Under the pieces are notes generated by a model. That model did no database searches, was not told the DNA's origin, and worked only from the letters and a program-made list of their open reading frames with translations. This document shows positions 9,896 through 18,526 of a DNA stretch of 64,000 bases, piece after piece (the first letter of the stretch is position 1; each line of letters opens with the position of its first letter). The translations under genes were made by a program, and so were the position numbers. Location of the stretch: positions 88 to 64,087 of the forward strand of contig CANCUP010000001.1 of the NCBI GenBank assembly GCA_947381325.1. Reading direction: 5' to 3'. Source of the stretch: Comamonadaceae bacterium. Its GTDB lineage: Bacteria > Pseudomonadota > Gammaproteobacteria > Burkholderiales > Burkholderiaceae_C.

Positions 9896-10019
9896 GCCCG
9901 CATTCAAAGCCAGAGTGAAGCCTGAATTCTGATTGAATTGTGGGTGATTGCATGGCAGAAACCACCCAACTCAAGGGTTAACCACGATGTTTGGCGCGAA
10001 ATACTTTGCCCTAAACTCC

Positions 10020-10061
10020 ATCCAAATGAATGGATTATTGGCGGCCATGCAAACTGTGCAT
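10020..10061. promoter_or_regulatory. Two candidate MarR operator palindromes
   Basis: ATCCA-AATGAA-TGGAT (10020-10035) and ATGCA-AACTG-TGCAT (10047-10061) in the marR/iorA spacer. Confidence 0.4.
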
Positions 10062-10114
10062 CAACGCCAACGTCCCCCGAGTCCCCAACCCTTGCGCATC
10101 GCATAGGAGGCGTC

Positions 10115-12298
10115 ATGGCAGAGCGTTCTTTTGTTGAGGAAGTCAAAAAACTGCGGCTTGGCGCAGGCCAAGAATTTCGTGGCGAGGGCATCTTGGCCGT
10201 CACCAAAGCCTTGTTGGAATCGGGCGTGTCTTACGTGGCAGGTTACCAAGGGGCGCCGATTTCTCACCTGATGGATGTCTTGGCCGACGCGCAAGACATC
10301 TTGACCGAGCAAGGGATTCGATTCGAAAACAGTGCCAGCGAAGCCACCGCTGCAGCCACCTTGGCGGCATCGGTGAACTACCCCTTGCGCGGCGCAGTCA
10401 CCTTCAAAGCCACGGTGGGCACCAACGTGGCATCCGACGCGCTGGCCAACTTGGCCTCTGGCGGTGTGACGGGCGGGGCACTGATCATCGTGGGGGAAGA
10501 CTACGGTGAAGGGTCTTCCATCATGCAAGAGCGCAGCCACGCCTTTGCCATGAAATCACAACTGTGGCTGCTCGACCCGCGCCCGAACTTGCCCAGCATC
10601 GTGCATGCCGTCAAGATGGGTTTTGAGCTCTCTGAGGCGAGCCACACCCCCGTGATGCTGCAACTGCGTATTCGCGCATGCCATGTCCACGGTCACTTCA
10701 CAGCGGCAGACAACCAACGCCCCCAATTCACGCTCCAAGAAGCGATGGACAACCCACGTCGCGATGTCAGTCGCATCGTGCTGCCTCCGGCCAGTTTTGC
10801 GCACGAGCAAGAAAAAATCCATGACCGTTGGCCTGCTGCTGTGCGGTTCATTCAAACGCAACAGCTCAATGAGTTTTTCTCGGCGGATGCAGACGATGTC
10901 GGCGTCATCGTGCAAGGGGGCTGCTACAACACACTGGTGCGCGCCCTCGAGCGCTTGGGCTTGGCCGACGTGTATGGCAACAGCCGAATGCCGCTCTACG
11001 TCATGAATGTGGCCTACCCCGTGATCGACAGCGAAGTGCTGCAGTTTTGTCAAGGCAAGCGCGCGGTGTTGTTGGTCGAAGAAGGTCAGCCCAATTTTGT
11101 CGAACAAAACTTGGCCACCATCTTGCGTCAAGCTGGCTCAAGCACGGCGCTGCATGGCAAAGACTTGCTGCCCTTGGCAGGCGAATACAGCGCCCATGTG
11201 GTGCTCCAAGGGGTGCGTCAGTTTTGCGAACGCTACGAGCGCTTGCCCCCACACACTGAGCGCGCAGCCAGCCCAGCCCACACAGCCCCCGCCAGTGCGC
11301 AAGCGAACTCAGCCGATGTGCTGCCGCCCCCCGCACAGCCGCTGGCCCTCAACGTGCATCCCCGTCCACCCGGGTTTTGCACCGGCTGTCCAGAACGTCC
11401 CATTTTCAGCGCCATGAAATTGCTAGAGCGCGAACTCGGGCCCCACCATGTCAGTGCCGACATTGGGTGCCATTTGTTCTCCATCTTGCCGCCTTTCAAC
11501 ATTGGCAACACCACCATGGGCTATGGCTTGGGAGGCGCTGGTGCTGCCGCCATGAACACCCAGGCCAGCAAACGCGCGATTTCGATGATGGGCGACGGCG
11601 GCTTTTGGCACAACGGTTTGACCAGTGGCATTGCCAATTCGGTCTTCAACAAGAGCGACAACCTCACCATCGTGGTGGACAACCACTACACCTCCGCAAC
11701 AGGCGGTCAAGACGTTCTCTCGTCCAGGGCCCTCAATGTCACACGCAGCACCGGTCACGAGATTGAACGCGCCGTGCGCGGCGTGGGCGTGACCTGGGTC
11801 AAAAAAGTCACCCACACCTTCGACGTGGGCGCCATGCGCGACGCCCTGCGTGAAGCACTGACCACCCGCGAACCCGGCCCCAAGGTGTTGATCGCGCAAT
11901 CGGAATGCATGCTCAACCGCCAACGCCGCGAAAAGCCCTTGGTGCGTCAAGCCATTGCCGATGGACATCGCATGGTCAGAGACAAATTCGGGGTCGATGC
12001 CGACACCTGCACAGGTGACCACTCATGCATTCGACTGTCGGGCTGCCCCTCGCTTTCGATCAAAGCCAACCCAGACCCCCTGCGCACCGATCCCGTGGCC
12101 ACCGTGCTCGAGAGCTGCGTGGGCTGTGGCGTGTGCGGCGAGGTCTCGCACGCGGCCGTTCTGTGCCCTTCTTTTTACAAAGCCCAAATCGTCAGCAACC
12201 CCACCCGCTGGGACCAGCTGCGTGAGCGCCTGCGCAGCCACATCATCGGCTGGCTGCAACGCAACGAAGCCAAGCGACGCGCTGCCTACGCCTTCTAA
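10115..12298 (+). CDS. iorA: Indolepyruvate:ferredoxin oxidoreductase alpha subunit
   Basis: RBS AGGAGG before the ATG. Motifs GYQGAP, RPPGFCTGCPER, ThDP-binding GDGG..N, and C-terminal Fe-S cysteines CTGDHSCIRLSGCP and CVGCGVC. Confidence 0.92.
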   Translation: MAERSFVEEVKKLRLGAGQEFRGEGILAVTKALLESGVSYVAGYQGAPISHLMDVLADAQDILTEQGIRFENSASEATAAATLAASVNYPLRGAVTFKATVGTNVASDALANLASGGVTGGALIIVGEDYGEGSSIMQERSHAFAMKSQLWLLDPRPNLPSIVHAVKMGFELSEASHTPVMLQLRIRACHVHGHFTAADNQRPQFTLQEAMDNPRRDVSRIVLPPASFAHEQEKIHDRWPAAVRFIQTQQLNEFFSADADDVGVIVQGGCYNTLVRALERLGLADVYGNSRMPLYVMNVAYPVIDSEVLQFCQGKRAVLLVEEGQPNFVEQNLATILRQAGSSTALHGKDLLPLAGEYSAHVVLQGVRQFCERYERLPPHTERAASPAHTAPASAQANSADVLPPPAQPLALNVHPRPPGFCTGCPERPIFSAMKLLERELGPHHVSADIGCHLFSILPPFNIGNTTMGYGLGGAGAAAMNTQASKRAISMMGDGGFWHNGLTSGIANSVFNKSDNLTIVVDNHYTSATGGQDVLSSRALNVTRSTGHEIERAVRGVGVTWVKKVTHTFDVGAMRDALREALTTREPGPKVLIAQSECMLNRQRREKPLVRQAIADGHRMVRDKFGVDADTCTGDHSCIRLSGCPSLSIKANPDPLRTDPVATVLESCVGCGVCGEVSHAAVLCPSFYKAQIVSNPTRWDQLRERLRSHIIGWLQRNEAKRRAAYAF

Positions 12299-12301
12299 AG
12301 C

Positions 12302-13801
12302 ATGCACACCCCCACTCAACCTATCAAAATAGCCATCCTCGCCATGGGAGGCGAAGGCGGTGGCGTGCTGGCCGACTGGATCGTTGATTTGGCCGAGAGC
12401 AACGGCTATCTGGCGCAAACCACCTCGGTGCCGGGCGTTGCCCAACGCACGGGTGCCACCATCTATTACGTGGAGCTTTATTCCAAAGCGCAGGCCTTGG
12501 CAGACCAGGGCCAGCCTGTGTTTGCGCTCATGCCGCTGGTCGGTGATGTGGATGTGGTGTTGGCTTCGGAGCTGATGGAGGCAGGACGCGCCGTTCAGCG
12601 CGGACTGGTCAGCCCATCGCAAACCACCTTGATCGCCTCCACGCACCGCGTGTTTTCTGTGGCAGAAAAAATGGCGCTGGGCGATGGACGCGTCAACAGC
12701 CAAGAGCTGCTCGCGCATGCCCAGCAAGCGGCGCGTCGCTTCATCAGGTTTGACATGGAACAAGCCGCGCAGGCCAGCGGCAGCGTGGTCAGTGCGGTGC
12801 TGTTTGGCACGCTCGCGGGCGCCGAGGTGCTGCCATTCAACCGAAGTCAATTTGAAGCCACGATTGAACGCGCCGGGGTGGGCATCCAACCCAGCTTGCG
12901 GGCATTTGCCAAAGGCTTCCAACATGCCCAAGGCCAAACCCCAGAACCCGCCAAGCCTGCGGCGGCCGCTGTGGCGACAACGCCCCAACATCCCGGTGTG
13001 CGTGCACTGTTGGGCCGCATCGCGCATGAATGTGTGCCAGCTGTCCAAGAAGTTGTGCGCGAAGGGGTTCGCCGGCTGATCGATTACCAAGACCTGGCGT
13101 ATGCGAATCTTTACTTAGACCGCATGCGCGCCTTGGGGGCCACCGCGGGTGCAGACGACGCATGGCCACGTGAGGCCGCGCGGCACTTGGCGCTGTGGAT
13201 GTCCTACGAAGACACCGCCCGTGTTGCGGCCCTCAAAACGCGCGGCTCTCGCTTTGAGCGTGTGCGCGGTGAAGCCAGCGTGAAAGACGGGCAAATACTG
13301 GCCATCCAAGAGTACATGCACCCGCGTCTGCAAGAAATTTGTGAAACTCTGCCTGCCCCTGTGGGCCGCTGGTTGATGAATTCCAGCCTTCCGCGCCAAT
13401 GGGTTGAGCGCCTGACACAACAAGGTCGGGTCATCCAAACCAGCTCACTGCGCGGCTATTTGCTGCTACGCGCAGTCGCAGCCATGAAACGTTTTCGCCG
13501 CAGCACCTTGCGCTATGCCGAAGAAAACCGCCGCATCGAAGCCTGGTTGCAGTGCATCGCCAGCACAGCCCCCAACAACCCTGCATTGGCACTTGAAGTG
13601 ATTCACTGCCAACAACTGGTCAAGGGCTACAGCGACACCCATGAACGGGGTCTGCGCAATTACGACACCGTGATGGGCACCTTGGGGCACACCGACCACC
13701 ACGTGACAGCCGACATCCTGCGTGAGTTGCGCCTTGCGGCTTTGGCCGACGACGTGGGCGACAGCTTGCGCGCTGCATTGAAGCGTCACCACCTGGCCTG
13801 A
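12302..13801 (+). CDS. iorB: Indolepyruvate oxidoreductase beta subunit family with long C-terminal extension
   Basis: Motifs AMGGEGGG, GVAQRTG, LALWMSYED, LVKGYSDT. Confidence 0.9.
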   Translation: MHTPTQPIKIAILAMGGEGGGVLADWIVDLAESNGYLAQTTSVPGVAQRTGATIYYVELYSKAQALADQGQPVFALMPLVGDVDVVLASELMEAGRAVQRGLVSPSQTTLIASTHRVFSVAEKMALGDGRVNSQELLAHAQQAARRFIRFDMEQAAQASGSVVSAVLFGTLAGAEVLPFNRSQFEATIERAGVGIQPSLRAFAKGFQHAQGQTPEPAKPAAAAVATTPQHPGVRALLGRIAHECVPAVQEVVREGVRRLIDYQDLAYANLYLDRMRALGATAGADDAWPREAARHLALWMSYEDTARVAALKTRGSRFERVRGEASVKDGQILAIQEYMHPRLQEICETLPAPVGRWLMNSSLPRQWVERLTQQGRVIQTSSLRGYLLLRAVAAMKRFRRSTLRYAEENRRIEAWLQCIASTAPNNPALALEVIHCQQLVKGYSDTHERGLRNYDTVMGTLGHTDHHVTADILRELRLAALADDVGDSLRAALKRHHLA

Positions 13802-13812
13802 CGTCGACCGCC

Positions 13813-13887
13813 ATGAGCCCACCCCTGATCACCAGCCACCGTTGCGACTCTCGCGCCCAACGCGCGCGACGGGCGCTTGATCTTTGA
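13813..13887 (+). pseudogene. Deletion scar of a PDR/VanB-type Rieske reductase (iadC remnant)
   Basis: 24-codon ORF MSPPLITSHRCDSRAQRARRALDL*. Its tail matches the PDR-family C-terminus C-x-S-R-A-x3-R-L-V-L-D-L*. It sits where iadC is expected, directly before the Rieske alpha gene. Confidence 0.7.
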
Positions 13888-13913
13888 ACGCCAAACAGGG
13901 AGATCTGGAGACC

Positions 13914-15227
13914 ATGACTTCTTACACAGGCAATCCAGCAGCAGTCCGCGCCTTGGTACAACCCGACCGCGTGCACCGCGACCTCTACATTGACCCCGAA
14001 ATTTTTCAGCTCGAGCAAGAACACTTTTTTGCCAACACCTGGAACTACGTGGGCCATGAAAGTCAACTCCCCAACGCTGGCGACTGGATCACCAACGAAA
14101 TTGGCGGTCGCCCTTTGATCGTGGTCCGTCACAGTGACAACAGCGTGCGCGTCATGATGAACCGCTGCGCCCACAAAGGCTCCAAATTGGTCAGCGCCCC
14201 CTGCGGCAACACCGGCAAGTTCTTTCGCTGCCCCTACCATGCGTGGACCTACAAAACAGACGGCGCGTTGCTGGCCATTCCTCTGAAAAACGGCTATGAA
14301 AACACCGGCCTGCACCAATGCGAATCGGCCAAGGGGCTCACCCCTGTGGCGCATGTGCGCAGCCACCGAGGCTTCATCTTTGTCAAGATCAACGACGCAG
14401 GCGAGGACTTCGAGACTTACTTTGGTGACTCGCTGAGCTCGATCGACAACATGGCCGATCGCTCCCCCGAAGGCGAGCTCGAAATCGCCGGCGGCTGCCT
14501 GCGCTTCATGCACCAGTGCAACTGGAAGATGTTCATCGAAAACCTCAATGACACCATGCACCCCATGGTGGCGCACGAATCATCGGCAGGCACAGCCAAG
14601 GCCATGTGGGCCCACCAACCCGCAGACATGGAAAAGCCCATGGCCATCGAACAATTTGTGCCCTTCATGTCGGACTACAAGTTTTTCGAGGACATGGGCA
14701 TTCGCACCTACGACAACGGGCACAGCTTCACCGGCGTCAATTTCAGCATCCACAGCAAGTACAAAGGCATTCCCGCCTACGAAGAAGCCATGCAAGCGCG
14801 CTACGGCGCCGAGCGCACGGCGCATATTTTGGGCATGGCCAGGCACAACACGGTCTACTACCCCAACCTCACCATCAAGGGTGCCATCCAGGCCATCCGT
14901 GTGGTCAAACCGATGGCCGCCGATCAAACGCTGGTGGAGAGCTGGACCTTCCGACTCAAAGGTGCGCCGCCCGAACTGCTGCAGCGCACCACCATGTACA
15001 GCCGACTCATCAACTCACCGTTCTCGGTGGTCGGTCATGACGACCTGCATGCCTACCGGGGCATACAAAAGGGGTTGCATGCCAGCGGCAACGATTGGGT
15101 CAGTCTGCACCGCAACCATGACCCGGCCGAAACCCGTGGCGGTGAAATCACCACAGGCGGCACCAACGAATTGCCCATGCGCAACCAGTACCGCAGTTGG
15201 TCGCGCTACATGACGGAGACCATGTGA
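13914..15227 (+). CDS. iadD: Rieske aromatic ring-hydroxylating dioxygenase alpha subunit (IadD-like)
   Basis: Rieske ligands NRCAHKG and CPYHAW; mononuclear iron ligands ENLNDTMHPMVAH and HDD; iad synteny. Confidence 0.88.
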   Translation: MTSYTGNPAAVRALVQPDRVHRDLYIDPEIFQLEQEHFFANTWNYVGHESQLPNAGDWITNEIGGRPLIVVRHSDNSVRVMMNRCAHKGSKLVSAPCGNTGKFFRCPYHAWTYKTDGALLAIPLKNGYENTGLHQCESAKGLTPVAHVRSHRGFIFVKINDAGEDFETYFGDSLSSIDNMADRSPEGELEIAGGCLRFMHQCNWKMFIENLNDTMHPMVAHESSAGTAKAMWAHQPADMEKPMAIEQFVPFMSDYKFFEDMGIRTYDNGHSFTGVNFSIHSKYKGIPAYEEAMQARYGAERTAHILGMARHNTVYYPNLTIKGAIQAIRVVKPMAADQTLVESWTFRLKGAPPELLQRTTMYSRLINSPFSVVGHDDLHAYRGIQKGLHASGNDWVSLHRNHDPAETRGGEITTGGTNELPMRNQYRSWSRYMTETM

Positions 15228-15718
15228 TGACCAACGTAACAGCGGTCTCGCATCAAGACCTGATCGATTTTGTGGTGCGCGAAGCACGCCTGCTCGACAC
15301 CAAAGCGTTTGAGCAGTGGAACGCGCTCTTTACCGACGACGCTGTGTACTGGGTGCCCCTGGTGCCCGACCAAGAAGATGGGATCAACCACACCTCCCAC
15401 ATGTACGAAGACAAGCTCTTGCGCACGCTGCGCATTGAGCGGCTCAAAAGCCCGCGCGCTTTTTCGCAACAGCCCCCCAGCCGGTGCCACCACCTGCTGC
15501 AAACCCCCACAGTGGAAGTGTTTGACACCGACAACAATCACTTTGTTGTGCGCACCGAGTTTCACTACACCGAGACACAAGGCGATGAGATGCAGTTCTA
15601 TGTTGGCACCTTCCACCACCACCTGACGTGGGTCGATGCAGGCCTGCGCATGACGCACAAGCGGGTTGACCTTCTCAATGGCGACGCAGCCTTGCCCGCC
15701 GTGCAGCTCTTCATCTAA
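15227..15718 (+). CDS. iadE: Ring-hydroxylating dioxygenase beta subunit (IadE-like)
   Basis: Motifs EARLLD, YWVP, KRVDLLN. Start overlaps the alpha-subunit stop. Confidence 0.88.
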   Translation: MTNVTAVSHQDLIDFVVREARLLDTKAFEQWNALFTDDAVYWVPLVPDQEDGINHTSHMYEDKLLRTLRIERLKSPRAFSQQPPSRCHHLLQTPTVEVFDTDNNHFVVRTEFHYTETQGDEMQFYVGTFHHHLTWVDAGLRMTHKRVDLLNGDAALPAVQLFI

Positions 15719-15723
15719 GTCCC

Positions 15724-17352
15724 ATGCAGCAGACTGTTCACGCCGTTTTTTGTGCCACTGCGGCGCGCACCCCGCAGGCCGACTTTCTATTCACCGAGTC
15801 GGTCACAGCCGCCGCCTATGGCATGGCAGCTGGCGCCATCAGTTGGCACGACGCGGAGCTGCACATGGATCGCCTGCGCCAAGCCTATGCCCAGGCGGGG
15901 TATGGTCACGGCCACCGGGTGGGTTTGCTGCTGGAAAATCGCCCCGAGTTTTTGTTCCATTGGTTCGCGCTCAATGCACTCGGGGTCAGCGTGGTTCCCA
16001 TCCATGCCGACATGCGTCGTGCCGAACTGACCTACCTGATGGCGCACAGCGAAATCATTTTGGCGGTGAGCTTGCCTTCTCGCTGCGAGGCCTTGCAGGC
16101 AGCGGCCAACGAAGCCGGTTGCGCCTTGCAGATCATGGTCGCCGATGCGCCAACGCCTTTTCCCCCAGCCCTCACCCCAGCGCCCTTGGCCCATCGCGCC
16201 ATTGACCCAGACACCGAATGTGGCCTGCTCTACACCTCAGGCACCACCGGGCGTCCCAAAGGCTGCATCTTGAGCAATGCTTATTTCTTGCGTGCGGGTG
16301 CGTGGTACGCCGAGCTGCAGGGTGTGTGCACCATCCGACCAGACCAAGAACGCGTGATCACACCGCTGCCCTTGCACCACATGAATGCCATGGCGTTTTC
16401 CACCATGGTCGTGCTGGTCGCAGGCGGATGCTTGGTGCAAATCGATCGCTTCCATCCCAAGACTTGGTTGCAAAGCGCACGCGAGAGCCGCGCCACCATC
16501 GCCCACTACCTGGGCGTCATGCCCGCCATGTTGCTGGCTGCGCCGGCATCGGCAAGCGACCGATCGCACAGCATCCGCTGGGGGTTTGGGGCGGGTGTGG
16601 ACCGCAGAAATCACGCGGCGTTCGAAGCACGTTTTGGCTTTGCCTTGGTCGAGGCATGGGCCATGACCGAAACTGGCGCGGGCGCCTGTGTCATGGCCAG
16701 CCAAGAACCGCGACACATCGGCACGAGCTGCTTTGGACGACAAGAAGATCACGTGGAGATTCGCCTGGTCGACGACCAAGGCCATGACGTGCCGCCAGAC
16801 ACCCCGGGTGAGCTGCTGGTGCGCTCCAGCGGCGATGACCCACGGCGTTATTTTTTCTCGGGCTACCTCAAAGACGAGGCCGCCACCCAAATGGCTTGGG
16901 CCGATGGCTGGTTTCACACGGGCGACTTGGTGCGTCGTGATGCACAGGGCAATTTTTATTTCATCGACCGCAAGAAAAACGTGATTCGTCGCAGCGGTGA
17001 AAACATCTCTGCCGTCGAGGTCGAAAGCGTGCTCAACCAGCACCCTGCGGTCAAGGCCTCGGCCGTGGCCGCCACGCCAGACGCTGTGCGCGGCGATGAG
17101 GTGCTGGCGTGCGTCGTCTTGCACGACGAGGTCGACGCAGGCGCGCACTCGGCCCTGGCCGCCAGCATCGTGGCGCATGCGCTGGATCAACTGGCGTACT
17201 ACAAGGCCCCGGGCTATGTGGCCTTCGTCGATGCCTTGCCCCTGACCGCGTCGCAAAAAATACAGCGTGGTCAGTTGCGAGAACTCGCCATCGGTCTGCC
17301 CACGCACCCCCAGTGTGTGGACACCCGCTCGCTCAAAAAGAGGCAGGACTGA
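15724..17352 (+). CDS. iadF: Acyl-CoA ligase (CaiC-like; IadF position)
   Basis: Motifs YTSGTTGRPKG, AMTET, FHTGD, IRRSGENIS, SQKIQR. Confidence 0.85.
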   Translation: MQQTVHAVFCATAARTPQADFLFTESVTAAAYGMAAGAISWHDAELHMDRLRQAYAQAGYGHGHRVGLLLENRPEFLFHWFALNALGVSVVPIHADMRRAELTYLMAHSEIILAVSLPSRCEALQAAANEAGCALQIMVADAPTPFPPALTPAPLAHRAIDPDTECGLLYTSGTTGRPKGCILSNAYFLRAGAWYAELQGVCTIRPDQERVITPLPLHHMNAMAFSTMVVLVAGGCLVQIDRFHPKTWLQSARESRATIAHYLGVMPAMLLAAPASASDRSHSIRWGFGAGVDRRNHAAFEARFGFALVEAWAMTETGAGACVMASQEPRHIGTSCFGRQEDHVEIRLVDDQGHDVPPDTPGELLVRSSGDDPRRYFFSGYLKDEAATQMAWADGWFHTGDLVRRDAQGNFYFIDRKKNVIRRSGENISAVEVESVLNQHPAVKASAVAATPDAVRGDEVLACVVLHDEVDAGAHSALAASIVAHALDQLAYYKAPGYVAFVDALPLTASQKIQRGQLRELAIGLPTHPQCVDTRSLKKRQD

Positions 17353-17353
17353 C

Positions 17354-18526
17354 ATGCGCCAGCAACGACTTTCCTACGAAGGTGTGGCTGTCGCCGTGCC
17401 GGTGACCGTGCCTTATGTGCGCTATTCCACCCGGACCGCGCATTGGTTTGTCGGGCATGCGCTTGACGCGCTGGTCAAAGCCAGCGGGGTGCCCAAGGCC
17501 CAGATCGATGGCCTGTGCCTGAGCAGCTTCTCCTTGGCACCCGACACCGCCGTGGGGGTGACCCAGCACCTGGGGCTGTCGCCCCGCTGGCTCGACCACA
17601 TGCCCACAGGCGGCGCCTCGGGCGTGATGTGTTTGCGCCGGGCCGCCCGTGCCGTGCAGGCGGGAGACGCCGATGTGGTGGCTTGCATCGCCGCCGACAC
17701 CAACCATGTCGATTCGTTTCGGCAAACCTTGGGCAGCTTCAGCAATTTTGCGCGCGACGCCACCTACCCCTATGGCTCAGGGGGGCCCAATTCCATCTTT
17801 GCCTTCATCACAGCCAACTACATGCGCACCTTTGGCGCCAAGCGCGAAGACTTCGGGCGCATTGCGGTCGCGCAACGCAGCAACGCCCTGCAGAACCCGC
17901 ATGCGATGTTCAAAAAACCCCTCACCCTGGAGGAGTACATGGACGCGCGGCCCATTTCTGACCCGATCCATTTGTTCGACTGCGTCATGCCCTGCGCAGG
18001 GGCCGAAGCTTTTTTGGTGATGCGCCAAGAGCGCGCGCGTGACCTCGGTCTGCCCCATGCGGTGGTGCGCGGCGCAATTGAGCGCCACAACGCCTACGCG
18101 CAAGACCCGTTGATGGTGCGCGGCGGTTGGGCCGTGGACCGCGATGATTTGTACGCGCAGGCCGATGTGAGGCCGGCCGACATCGACTTCATTCAGACCT
18201 ACGACGACTACCCCGTGATCGTGATGATGCAATTTGAAGACTTGGGCTTTTGCAACAAAGGCGAAGCCTCTGCCTTTGTGCAGTCCCACACCTTGACGCA
18301 CGATGGCAGCTTTCCCAACAACACCAGTGGGGGTCAGTTGTCTGCAGGCCAAGCCGGTGCAGCGGGCGGATTTTTGGGCATGACCGAGGCCTTGCGCCAA
18401 CTCACCGACAGCGCCGGAGCCCGCAGCGTGCCCGGGGCCCAACTGGGCTTGGTGGCGGGGTTTGGCATGGTCACCTACGACCGCTGCTTGTGCACGGGCG
18501 CCGTGATTTTGGGAAGACCCGCATGA
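17354..18526 (+). CDS. iadG: Thiolase-fold protein lacking the catalytic Cys (Ltp2/SCPx-type; IadG position)
   Basis: SCPx-type motifs TGGASG (Gly in place of Cys), YDDYP and NTSGGQLS. Confidence 0.8.
   Translation: MRQQRLSYEGVAVAVPVTVPYVRYSTRTAHWFVGHALDALVKASGVPKAQIDGLCLSSFSLAPDTAVGVTQHLGLSPRWLDHMPTGGASGVMCLRRAARAVQAGDADVVACIAADTNHVDSFRQTLGSFSNFARDATYPYGSGGPNSIFAFITANYMRTFGAKREDFGRIAVAQRSNALQNPHAMFKKPLTLEEYMDARPISDPIHLFDCVMPCAGAEAFLVMRQERARDLGLPHAVVRGAIERHNAYAQDPLMVRGGWAVDRDDLYAQADVRPADIDFIQTYDDYPVIVMMQFEDLGFCNKGEASAFVQSHTLTHDGSFPNNTSGGQLSAGQAGAAGGFLGMTEALRQLTDSAGARSVPGAQLGLVAGFGMVTYDRCLCTGAVILGRPA

Noticed and set aside
9990-10010. TTGGCGCG...TTTGC sigma-54-like sequence upstream of iorA
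   Set aside because: GG to GC spacing is 13 nt, not the required 10.
11245-11345. Pro/Ala-rich low-complexity segment in IorA
   Set aside because: In frame and between domains; an ordinary variable linker.
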